A stretch of 64,000 nt of DNA from the NCBI GenBank assembly GCA_030141605.1, contig JAQGDQ010000209.1:310001-374000 (forward strand), written 5' to 3'. The notes under the pieces are model-generated. The model was not told where the DNA came from, made no database searches, and saw nothing but the letters and a program-made list of their open reading frames with translations. Position 1 is the first letter of the stretch. Each line of letters begins with the position of its first letter. The position numbers and the translations under genes were made by a program. This DNA is from Tubiluchus corallicola (lineage: Eukaryota; Animalia; Priapulida). Shown piece after piece: positions 1 through 64,000 of the stretch.

Positions 1-696
1 CGTATGAAATTAAAATTGGGTGCTTTATTGATGTTTTGTGTTGGTGACTTGAATTTTTTTGTATATGGGGTTTAAATTTGTTGATGTGATGTAAATACAC
101 GAGAGGTTTTGATCTGCCACTGACTACAGACTACTGGGTGAACGTAGTAATAAGGATAATAAGTACTACTGGATAATAACAATAAGGTGTGATTTGATCT
201 TTTCATATTAGTTTTTTTGAAGGTTAATACAGTATTTTTCAGTTCATTTTTGAATTTTTTACAGTGACTGCAGATGTTACATTAAGTGGGCACGCATTCC
301 ATTTATTTATTATTGCTGCTCTGCATGCAGAACTCTGTCCATATTTATTATTTGTGTTTATTTGTTTTATGCTGTGTGTTCTTTGGTTTAACGTTTTTCG
401 ATTGTAAGTGGAAACTGATTAGCACTGAAAGCTGGCATCAAGTCATGTTGTAATTCGTAATTATTTTAATACTTAGTTGCAATGCAAATTTCTCTTAATC
501 TGACAAAACCATAGCATTGTTCTAGAACATTAATTCATACTAAATCAGTTTGGTTATTAGACATATAAGCTTAACAAATTAATTAACATGTTCAATACTG
601 ATTGATTAGTTAATTAACGGTGAATTCTTCGCCAATTGTTGCACTAGTTTGTGTGTGAACATATATAATAGAAATGACTTTATATATTTTTAATAG

Positions 697-10288
<9,592 letters not shown>

Positions 10289-11150
10289 AGATTTGAAACT
10301 TCAAGTTATATGAACAAAACATTTGGAAGTTAGGTGTTTCGATACGCGATTTCAATGTATTCAAAGAACGGGTTTTTATGGTGCTGCATTTACATTAATT
10401 TAAACTATAGGGAACTTTACATACAGTAAATCGTCGCTTAAGGACTCCCGTTTAGCGACGGTTCGTTTTAACCTTTGACACCATTTTTCATTTACTAGCT
10501 GTGGCCACTAATCCACGATAATCTTATTTTAACGGCGCAAGGTGCGTAACGACTATTTCTTAGTTTGCTCAAAGCCGATTTTTATTTTATCAACAACTTT
10601 TTTTACCTAATTTTTACAAATGATTTTTAATAACTTTCGTGGTATTAGGCGCTAGCTATCACAGAGTGCCAGCAAAGACAAAATACTGAAGCATGAAAAC
10701 TAAATCACCATAAAATTAAACTGTTTACTGTTGGTACTTCACAGATATATGCTTATCAATTCGTCTCTATTCACTCTTACATATTCTTCATTTTAGGGAA
10801 GGTATCCTATAAAATCTGTTCTTTTTTGGTCAGTTGGTTGTTCACATCACTGGTATTCTTCCAAAATACCAGTCCTTCCAAAACCCATCTGCTTCTCAGT
10901 AAATCATTTTATCACTCAGTCCCTCAGCCAACGGTTTATCACTCCACTGTTGTATTAATTATTGCTTCATTTTGTTTTATTTGTTTCACACTTCGCATAG
11001 GGTCTAGCTAGCCGAGGAAGCACAGACAGGGAATAGTAGCATTTAAATACACTGACTAATTACTGTATGCGTTATTATAGTCCAATTAACCATTTTTGAG
11101 AATTTCTTTGATCAAAGTTTGTAAAATACTGTGGAAGGCAACCATTACTG

Positions 11151-11250
11151 TTACTGGTAAAGCAGTAAGGTGTACTCAGTGTGCAGATGACTGTGGTGGG
11201 ACCAGAAGCTACCTCGGAAAATTAAATGACAATTTAAAAATTGATTATGA
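11151..11250 (+). repeat. dispersed repeat, paralogue of 9093-9190
   Basis: By-eye alignment with 9093-9190. Confidence 0.75.
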
Positions 11251-12109
11251 TTAGAGATAGTCGTGAGCCTAGTTAAATTATCAACCAAGTTAAATTGGTA
11301 CAGACTAATATGTCCCAACATGTCAAGATCACCGACTTGCAAACAATGCACGCAGAAAGGAGGGCTAGAAAAGCGAGTGCACTAGTGACCATTAATGCGT
11401 GTGTATAGTTCAGCGGTAGCAAGCATGGTGATGCTTACTTTAAAGGTTATGAAATACTACAAGGATGTGGGTAATTTCACTTCCTGGGAGGGGGTGACAA
11501 CAAGGTTAACATCAGAATTTCATTCAGTAAAATGAAATGCTGCTGCCTGATTAGCATTGTTAGTTAGGCCTAGATGCAATAACAACAACAATGGCCGTAA
11601 CAACTTCCTTCAAGAGGTGAATTGGAAACAAACATGTAAAAATCACTTCGTAAAAACATGCAGCTTTGCTACATGCACATTATGCAATAAAACTTTAACT
11701 CTGTCATGCTTAGTACACTTTTTTCACTCACATTGTTACCCAGAGGTCAGTATTGTCCTCTGTTGTTTGATAACTGGCTTACAGATCAAACTTTAGGTAT
11801 ATGTCGCATTCAGTTATTTAGAAGCAAATTGTGTGTTTTATGGTTTAGAGTGTGCAATAATTTTACTTTCATTTATAAAATAACAACATAGCATCAATTT
11901 GTAGTATCACATTACAAACCTGAATTAGTATACATTTGCATTATCACGCTATAAGCCTGATATAAAATTATAATAAAAAAATGTTTACGCTATATTTTGT
12001 AAATGAAGTACTCCTTATGGTTTTGTTTATGGCCATAAATATCAATGGCTGATTAACTGGTTTCTGCAAGGAAGCAAAACAACATGTACAATCCAATTAT
12101 CATAACAGA

Positions 12110-12115
12110 TTTATT
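12110..12115 (-). promoter_or_regulatory. candidate polyadenylation signal of cathepsin L
   Basis: AATAAA on the minus strand ~400 nt after the stop, followed by a GT/T-rich tract. Confidence 0.55.
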
Positions 12116-12518
12116 AAGCCATATACAAGTTTATAAAAATACTACTCATGTTAGTGAACACCTTGAGCTATGTCGAACTGAATAACATCACTGCAAATAT
12201 TTTATTACTAATATTTTTAAATAAAAATTAAACTTCTTTCAAAGTTAATTTGTCAGAATAACAGTACTCAGCAGTTTAAATTACTGCAAAAGTATGTTTC
12301 AAGTAAGTGTACCTATTAAAAGAAAAGCAACACAGAGATTCTTACAGAAATATATGTATCAAAATATAGCATGTACTACACATTAATAAAAAACAAAATC
12401 AAAAAAGATAAACACACCATACAGGCTTTCCATTTATACAAAAAAACTAGAGATACAAAAATAACACACACAAATTAATACAGAAATCCAGAAACCAGAA
12501 CAAAAAACGTCAAGACTA

Positions 12519-20457
<7,939 letters not shown>

Positions 20458-20960
20458 TATGTGCTACTGAAAAGTAATGACAAAAATTGTCTTCCTATCA
20501 CTAACAGCAAAAAGTAGTAACAGATTACTTTTGAGTTCCAGGTTTGGCTCATTTCTTGGCAAATACATATAATAAAATAAGTGCGCAACTAACACCTGCT
20601 GAAGAAATGTAATTAGCAGTGGCACTCAAGGAACTCTGTTGAGCCCATTTTTATCAATGACATTACTGATTGTGTATTCTCTGACACATATGTAATTTGT
20701 CTATGACATAAAACCATACTGTCCAATTAGAAATATCTACAAATTGAGCAATGGTGTGCCAAATTGTTAATGTCTCTTAAAAATAGTAAATGCAATGTTC
20801 TTTCTATTCACTCTAGTTCTACACCTTATTACTTAAAATGTGGCATTTCCGAAGACTTCAGGTCTTCCGCAGTCACACATACATTCGAGTGTCTGACACA
20901 TTTTTTCCAACTTTCTAACTCCAAATGAGTTAAAATAACCACAAAAGTATTTTTCCAATA

Positions 20961-21310
20961 GAGTTGAAATTAGATATAGTGATTAGTAAGGATATCCTTG
21001 ATGTAAAATAAAAAATGGTACCAAGTTCTTTATTAATTAATCAATTAATTTTAAATTGGTTTAAATTCCGTGTTGCCATGATCAGATGGAGTTGAAATTT
21101 CACAGGATGATTAGCCAGGATGTCCTTGGTTCAAAACCAAAAATTGGTAAATTAGTCAAGTAATCAAAGCTGTTTTATTAATTAATTAAGTGATTTAAAT
21201 TGGATGTCCAATTTGAGCTGAAATTTGACAGGATGATTCTCTAAGATGCCCTTGGCTCAAAACAAAAAGTGTAGCAATTTATCAAGTAATTAGAGGTACT
21301 TAATTAACTG
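20961..21310. repeat. ~127-bp tandem repeat x3, probably TE-derived
   Basis: Units start GAGYTGAAATT at 20961, 21089 and 21215 and share ...GATGATT...GATRYCCTTG...AAAA...TTAATTAA. Confidence 0.7.
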
Positions 21311-21959
21311 CACTACAAGTGTGCAAAAGAATAATCAAATAAACTACTAGCTGTAGTACCTAGTTCTAGAAAAACAAGTGAAATGCAGCATGTGAAGTCT
21401 AGGCAGGACACATAGCTTATGATTCATAAAATTTTAATCAATTCGACAGGTCAGCAGCCAAGTCAACCTGTTGCCAGACATTTGCAATAGACATGTGTTA
21501 ATTAAGGGTGCTAAACATTTTGCAAAACAGAAATTAATAATGTATTCAGCTAAAATACAAGTCATATGGTACCGCTTAAGTGATTTTTATCATGAATATT
21601 AGCATAGGAGCTCACTTAGCTTTTAGATATGATATGAGATAGCAAAAATTCACCTTAACCAGATTTGAGATTACGAACTAACCAGATTACGAATTACAGC
21701 CCTTTTCTTCTTGTGTTGTGGGCCCTTAAGGAAAGCCAGATCCCAACTTAAACTATAGCTCAAATCAATCTACCCTACAAAATACTGAAAGAGAATATGA
21801 TATTTTTTCAAGAATAGCTGGCATGAAAGTACTAATTCCTCGGGATGGTAATCTCTAGTTCAGTCATCTAGTTCTTCGCATAAATGATGGCCTTTTACTG
21901 CTCTAATCTGATTGATTTATGTATGTTAAATATCCTGACAGGTGGTGGCGCGATCCGGA

Positions 21960-22140
21960 AGATATCAGCGTGTTTTTTGTACCATGAATAATATTAGGTT
22001 CCCTCAAAAATCTAAGCGTCTTTCTGCCACTGCGGAAGTCTAGGATCAACAAATTTCTCAGGATGATTGAACCAGAACCGATCTAATCGAGCTTTAAATT
22101 GAGAAACTGAAGAAGCACTCAAGATTCGTTTATTCCACAT
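21960..22140 (-). mobile_element. CR1-like LINE 3' end fragment
   Basis: Translation ILSASSVSQFKARLDRFW matches the CR1 ORF2 terminal A-x-SV-x-x-FK-x-RLD-x-x-W pattern. Confidence 0.6.
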
Positions 22141-22666
22141 AACATAACACATAACAAACTCCATGTTACAACTGGTATTAGATAATTCAAATTTACAATT
22201 TACCAATTATTTAATTACAATTTAACAGTGTAAATAATTTAAAGGCAGTTACAAAAATGGTTGTGCCACACGTCCCCGTAAGCCTAGCTGAATGTAAAAT
22301 TTGTGGAACAGAGGCAAACATAGGCCAACAGTTATGGCTAGTACAGGATCACGAAAATTGGAAAATGAAGAGACAACAAAAAAGAAAATTTGACTGACTA
22401 CAAAATGATTACTTTAGATATCCAGCAACACTATCTAGCAATGCTGCATTCAGATTAACTGTAATGTCAGCTTTCTAATAATGCAATAATATCATAGTCA
22501 CAACAATAACTATGTCAAGCATTATAGTTCGGTGAATATTACCAGAAACGCTATGGCATTATTAATTATATAAATAATGGCCTATACTAGTATAGTCTTA
22601 ACATGTATACTTAAAGTTTCACCATACTTCAAAATGGCATAGGACATGAAAATTCATTCCGTCTAC

Positions 22667-22982
22667 CTTTAACTGTAAAACCACTGAAGCGCCAAAGCTG
22701 TCTCAGTGTCGTTTTTGAGAAGAAACCGTCTCAAGTTTAGTTTACTAATTTTTGGCAAACAAATATTAAACCAAGGTCCTGGAAAGGCAAACTGCAACTA
22801 ACTAAAACAACTCCTTTTGAAAAGGATAGGCCTAAATTTATTACACTACAAACCTGACAAGAAAATTTATACAAATCAATCTTTACGAGCTCACAAAAAT
22901 TAGAATAATTCACAAAATTTAACGACAATTCAACTCACAGCAATTACACAACGAATGACGAACACAATCAACACATGGTAAT
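22667..22982 (-). other. putative cathepsin L 5'-UTR exons (22982-22939 and 22778-22667)
   Basis: Donor GTGAGT at 22938-22933; acceptor TTTGCCTTTCCAG before 22778; donor AAAG|GTAGAC at 22666; the first coding exon begins with an acceptor just before 20466. Confidence 0.55.
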
Positions 22983-23076
22983 GAGTCATACGTATGTCTG
23001 GTTTCCTTTATAGCTTAGTACGTTAAATGTAATTAGTCAACCGCAGAAACTGTTATGTAAACCTTCTTGTCATTGG
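22980..23076 (-). promoter_or_regulatory. cathepsin L core promoter: TATA, Inr and CCAAT
   Basis: TATAAAG (23012-23006) lies exactly 30 nt upstream of the A of an Inr-like TCATT (22982), which overlaps TGACTCA (AP-1-like); CCAAT at 23076-23072. Confidence 0.6.
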
Positions 23077-23659
23077 TCAAGAGACCGTTCTGCCCCGTTG
23101 CTAGACGGAAGTAGAATGACGCCATCTCTCTGGTCGGCGATCACTCACGACATCCATGCAGCAGACATGCACACAAGTCACATATACGGTGACTTGCTAA
23201 TTTTTACTCAGCTTTTGAATTTTAGTATTTTTTGCGTAACTCGGCCAAAAATGCCTGTTCCGGTAAAATATACCTACAGTCGAAAAGCGAAAAAATAATA
23301 TAAATATATTATGCAACCCAAAAGAAAAGAATATAATGATTGTGAATTTGTGATTGGCCATGCTAATACTAATTATTATATTGTTTATGCTTGATCTTCT
23401 TCAGCAAAGCCGGCGAGAAAAGGTGTTGTAAATCACACCATAATTATATGGATCATGTACTTTATCCTGACTTCTTTATAGCTTCCTTGTTTTTAGTTAC
23501 AATTTTAATACAATACTTCGTTGACATATATTCTAATTCTCCTTAGTTTGCCTATATTTGCACTGTTTATGTCCTGCACTGATTAGCCCCATTTAGCTGA
23601 CACTTATTGCTTGACATTCAAAAAATACGTTTCGTAACTTCTCTGTAACAATCGTCGTT

Positions 23660-23713
23660 TAAGAGCGGAAGAACTTCTTTTGCGTCATATTTTGGAGATA
23701 TCAGTTTGTGAGT
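23660..23713 (+). promoter_or_regulatory. putative POLR3A promoter / non-coding first exon
   Basis: CGGAAG (ETS-like), then TCAGTT and donor GTGAGT at 23708. The ATG-containing exon is preceded by an acceptor TTTGTTTTAG ending 24723. Confidence 0.4.
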
Positions 23714-23974
23714 ATCAAATAAAATGGCAACTTGCATTAAGCCAGAGAATGTATGCACTGTGCTTAAGACTTAAGTAGAAAGAAATAAGCAAGGCGTTAT
23801 TTGTGTTATTGTTCTGTGCCATAATTTATTGTATTGATCTGTGATATGTATATGAAGTTTAAAAAGTTTGAAATAAAATATTAAATTAAATCAAATTGCA
23901 TGCTTTTGTTCAGCCCAGGAATGTATTAACTAGCAAGAAATATCTTCACACAATTCTTTGATTATTTTATGCTT

Positions 23975-24437
23975 ACGTTACCAGCATATTACTGTACAAC
24001 AGTGAAACATAGTGTTTAACGATTACTCAAGAAAAGCAGATTGAAAGATTTCATAGAAGTCTTCTAAGGGAAGTTTTAAATGTAACATGGCCAAACAATA
24101 AAAAAATGAAGATTTATATGCTAGAACGAAAGAAATTTCTATGAGCTCAAAAATCAAGTTCTGAAGATTAAGATGGCTAGGACACCTAAGATTACCAAGG
24201 GAGGTACCAGTAAGAATCACTTTAAAAGAAGCCTCATAACCTTGCAAAAAACCACCTGGAAAACAAAAAACAACTTGGATAGCCTAAGGTAAATAAAGGT
24301 GTATAACAACTTCAACCAAATCTATTTTTGGGAGTTGAAGAACTTAGGTTCTTAGCTACAGATAGGACTGGGTGGAATACTCTACTAAATGTCAATGTCT
24401 ACAATAGATGAAATAAGACCGTGAAGAAGAGAAGAAA
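23975..24437 (+). mobile_element. decayed RTE-like LINE 3' fragment
   Basis: LLYNSET*CLT...IERFHRSLLREVLNVTWP...LRWLGHL.LP...TTWI...DRTGW; same 3' end as 7520-7978 with a GAAGAAGAGAAG tail. Confidence 0.7.
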
Positions 24438-24860
24438 GTACTTGTGTAGCTTGAGCAGAGTGTCACTATAATATTATGAACTTTATATGACAGCACCAGC
24501 TGTATAATAAGAGGAGGAATTAATAATAAGGAGTGTCAATAAGAGTGTCGATATTATTATTATATAATAATAATATGAATAATCTGAAGTTGGAAAAAAT
24601 CAGGTGAATGCATTGGCCACTTGACACTGTTCAAAGAAACACCATTGCACGAAGCCATGGACTACCACAAACACTGTTAACATGTAGTGGAATTAAGATT
24701 GTGTAACCTTTACTTTGTTTTAGGCAAACAGTAAAAGTCATGATTTTCATTTAAACTGAAGGATAATTCGACACGTGTTTACAGTATTGATTAAGACGAC
24801 ACTGGAAAGAACTTACTCATGGATCATATTGGCGACTAACTCCTAACTGTGAAGTTAAAG

Positions 24861-60790
<35,930 letters not shown>

Positions 60791-61509
60791 CATGATTAGT
60801 AATACAAGAATTATGTATTTAAATTGCGCATTCATCTTTCGTGTTGGTCATAGATGCAATACATCTTTCACAGAATTATAAGACAATAAGCCTTTTCATA
60901 GTTTTGTTGTGCACACATGTAGTTGCTGTAGATTATAGGTTAAGTGTACCACAGCAACGTGCCTTAACCACAACCATAATGTGACATGTTAGTAAAGTAA
61001 AGCTGTCTGCCACACCAGTTCAGTAACTTCAGTTGTTTTATGTAGACTTTATTTAATTATGCATTAGTCTGTGCATAGAGTGATTTACTGGCAGGATCTT
61101 GCTTGGGAACAAGAAAAAATTAACTAGGGGAGGTTCTAGCTAGCTATGAAAATGTTACTATTAGAATAACCTAGGCTGTAAGGCATTGTCAAGTGTACAC
61201 AAATGCATTGTCTGGTTTATTTGACATTTGACCTTTTTACGATCTTCATCAATTGCTGGAACTGTGAAAAGGCTTATTGGTAACTACATACCTTGTCCTT
61301 GCAGAACGTCACTTGTAGAACCTGTATTCTTGTATAATTCTGAATTGTGTACAGATGGAGTTGCGCAAAAAATGAAATAGATGTCTTCCAAAGGCTTAAG
61401 TACAAAAACATGTTGGGTATGAAACGGCTGAGAAAAATTTTATTCCAAGATCTACAAACAAGAAGGAACAGAGTGAGGTGATACAGCAGCATCGGTCATA
61501 CTACTTTAG

Positions 61510-61650
61510 TTTTTCTTAATGAAGAAGAAGTAATGAATGAGGTTATACAGAAGCGTCAACTTGGATGATGTGGACATGTCATTAGACTACCATAGGATTC
61601 TCCACTTACTACAGCATTACATCAAGCACTAATACCTGGGAAAAACCATA
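61510..61650 (+). mobile_element. decayed RTE-like LINE fragment
   Basis: IQKRQLG*CGHVIRLP*DSP matches the RTE R-x-L-x-W-x-GH-x-x-R motif. Confidence 0.5.
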
Positions 61651-62859
61651 AAATACTTGCATTCATATGTACATACACATTTTATGAAGTAAAAGTACCA
61701 GCTGACAAATTACGAACACACAAACAACACCTAATCACTACTGGCGCTGCACGCGAGATAATTACAAAAGTCTCCAAGAAATAAAAGATGGGATGGAGTA
61801 CTAATAATTAATATTAAAGTCCAATACCAAACAAACTGAGCTCATAGAATCTAATGGAAGAATTAATCAGTATTAACACCATTTGACGTAAACAACGTAG
61901 ATACTGGCATGTGGCAGCAGATCAGGGAACATAACATCAAATTATGAATTGAGCTATGTTGTCTAATGAAAGTACTTAATATGATAAGGCAGTGATTTTG
62001 GAAAACTGAAATTTTAGAATTCTCAGAAGTATAAGCATGTAATGTAATATTACAACATGAGTGGAAAATATTGTGTAATTTTAGTGAATAGTGATTGAGC
62101 AATTTTGTCATATGTGTTGCTGCCTCATCAAGGTTTTTTGGGCTATTTGAGAATTGTAAACTGATTTAGTACCATTATAAAATTTGTGAGAATGTAGACA
62201 GAATCCATTTTATCTGAGTTAAACGATGTTTTCCAGACATCTGGTCTGTGTTATGCATTATACACATTATTGCATAAAAGTGACTTTATTTTATTTTCAA
62301 TGAACCCGTTTATTAAACCTGCGTTATTGCATGATTTTTTCTGCAAATATTCCAATATTAACGCGTAAAGCATTCCAGATGTCTTGTAAACGTTGCTTTA
62401 GACTTATAACTGAGAAACTGAAGTTTAGCAAAAAACGAAATCACTAGCAACTACTTAAATGGGGACATGATTTATTTGTATAATTGACATTTCGACTTTA
62501 AAACAAAATGTTGTAATCATGAGAGCACCTGTAAAACAAGTTTGTTTTGTTGAAAATGTAGGTATGGTTACTGTGATGCAGGTAAGGGTCTCTTTTAATA
62601 CTGTGCAATAACAGTCTACAACAAAGAGGTGGGTAACTGTATAAAAAGATGGGGCAACCCGTCACCCTGCGTTTCCTCTCCACTACATCTCTACCGCAAG
62701 AATGAAAATGCATTTACAATACAGAACAGAATAATGGAGTTAAAATTATTTTGTTCTGTCTTTTAAATGTAGTTTCGTATTTTAATGTTGAAATTTCTGT
62801 TATGAAATCAAAACCCTAGAGGGAGTTGAGCAATAATAAAAAAACAGACCGATGTTCAG

Positions 62860-62970
62860 TGTCCTTGACTCTTTGACCCCAGGACAAAGATCCTGTACCA
62901 CTGCCTGAGCCCCTACCTCAGGTATCTATTACTCAAGTTTGGTGAGTGTAGGTACTATGGTTTTGGAGTT
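62860..62970. mobile_element. Helentron/HINE-like repeat fragment
   Basis: CCTTGACTCTTTGACC...CAAGTTTGGTG motifs, reverse-complement relative of 8740-8910. Confidence 0.4.
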
Positions 62971-64000
62971 TTTCATTGTCATACAGGGAAAACGATAAAG
63001 AAATATGAAAGAAATGTTTTATGTAAAAGTAATTCTGAAATGAATGTTTAAATTCAAATAATTCAAATTCAAAGAATATAGAATAAACGGCTGATTTTCA
63101 AGAACATTCTGTAAGTACTGCAGGACCTTAATAAATCATTGATGTTTAGGTGGGTGCTGGTGCTTTCTTATCTGATTTACCCTTCGTTTGACATATTCCT
63201 TTGAGGCATTAAATGTTTGTGTGTTTTGCTCAGTCAGAGAGGAAACCATCACTTCTCATTGTGCTTCCAGCAGCTGTAACAAGAGCATTTAATACATCTT
63301 CCATTCATTGCATTTTTTAACTGGAAGAGCACCACTTTGAATTTCTTTTTATAAGAATTAACCACATATATTTTAGAGTAGCTGGTACGCACAAGCAGGT
63401 TACCTGAAAACAGCAATGTGCCTGTAATTACCCAATAAAATATGTTAGAAAAATGCATTATAAACCTACTGGGCTTTATCTTCTCTCTCTGCAAGAAATT
63501 TGTTTTGTAGCAAAGATAAGTTGTTAAAACAAATTTACTCGGTTTTGTTCCCCTTGAGACAGATATAATAAGTCGCTAAACGAAATTGATTATTACATTT
63601 CTTTTGATGTCCTTTTCGTAAACAGTTTATTAAAAATTGACGACTGTCACAATGTGATGATTTGTTGCTTGTTCGGAAGCGTAGGCTTATAATACGATAG
63701 TACTGTTAGAACAGTAATAAGTATTGAGACAAATAAAGATAGATGAATCTTTATTCAGAGTATGTATGCATGCATAAATAAAAAAGAACAAATTGCTAAC
63801 TGCTTTTGAACTAACTGAAACAATAGTGGTCAAACACAGAGATGGAAAACAGGTCAAAAAGAGATTTTTGGTTACTAAGCGGTAAAGGGTGTGTTCAAAG
63901 ATGTCATACAAAAATAACTGCAAAATGTTTGTGGGTAGTTACTTTTTGTGATTTCTTCAACTAGCGTCACAAGGTTTTTCGCCCACGATACATTAAAAGT

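Overview
AT-rich, intron-rich animal genomic DNA. The 5S sequence and AAGGTCAAGGTCA-type repeats suggest a non-vertebrate bilaterian, possibly a lophotrochozoan (inference). I reconstructed four protein-coding genes by hand from splice sites and reading phase. (1) A 5'-truncated + strand gene (697-10288) that joins a WSC-like Cys-rich domain to an aerolysin/ETX-MTX2-like beta-pore-forming domain. (2) A complete cathepsin L (- strand, 7 coding exons, 346 aa). (3) A complete POLR3A/RPC1 (+ strand, 33 coding exons, 1377 aa), head-to-head with cathepsin L, with a U12-type AT-AC intron at the trigger loop. (4) An intronless class A GPCR nested on the same strand in POLR3A intron 3. Introns hold a TSD-flanked SINE with a near full-length 5S rRNA head, hAT-type MITEs, decayed LINE and Tc1/mariner fragments, and mini/microsatellites. 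POLR3A also carries a tandem array that duplicates one of its splice donors and a GC-rich structured ~125-nt element in intron 1. No database searches were run; family names rest on motifs read by eye.
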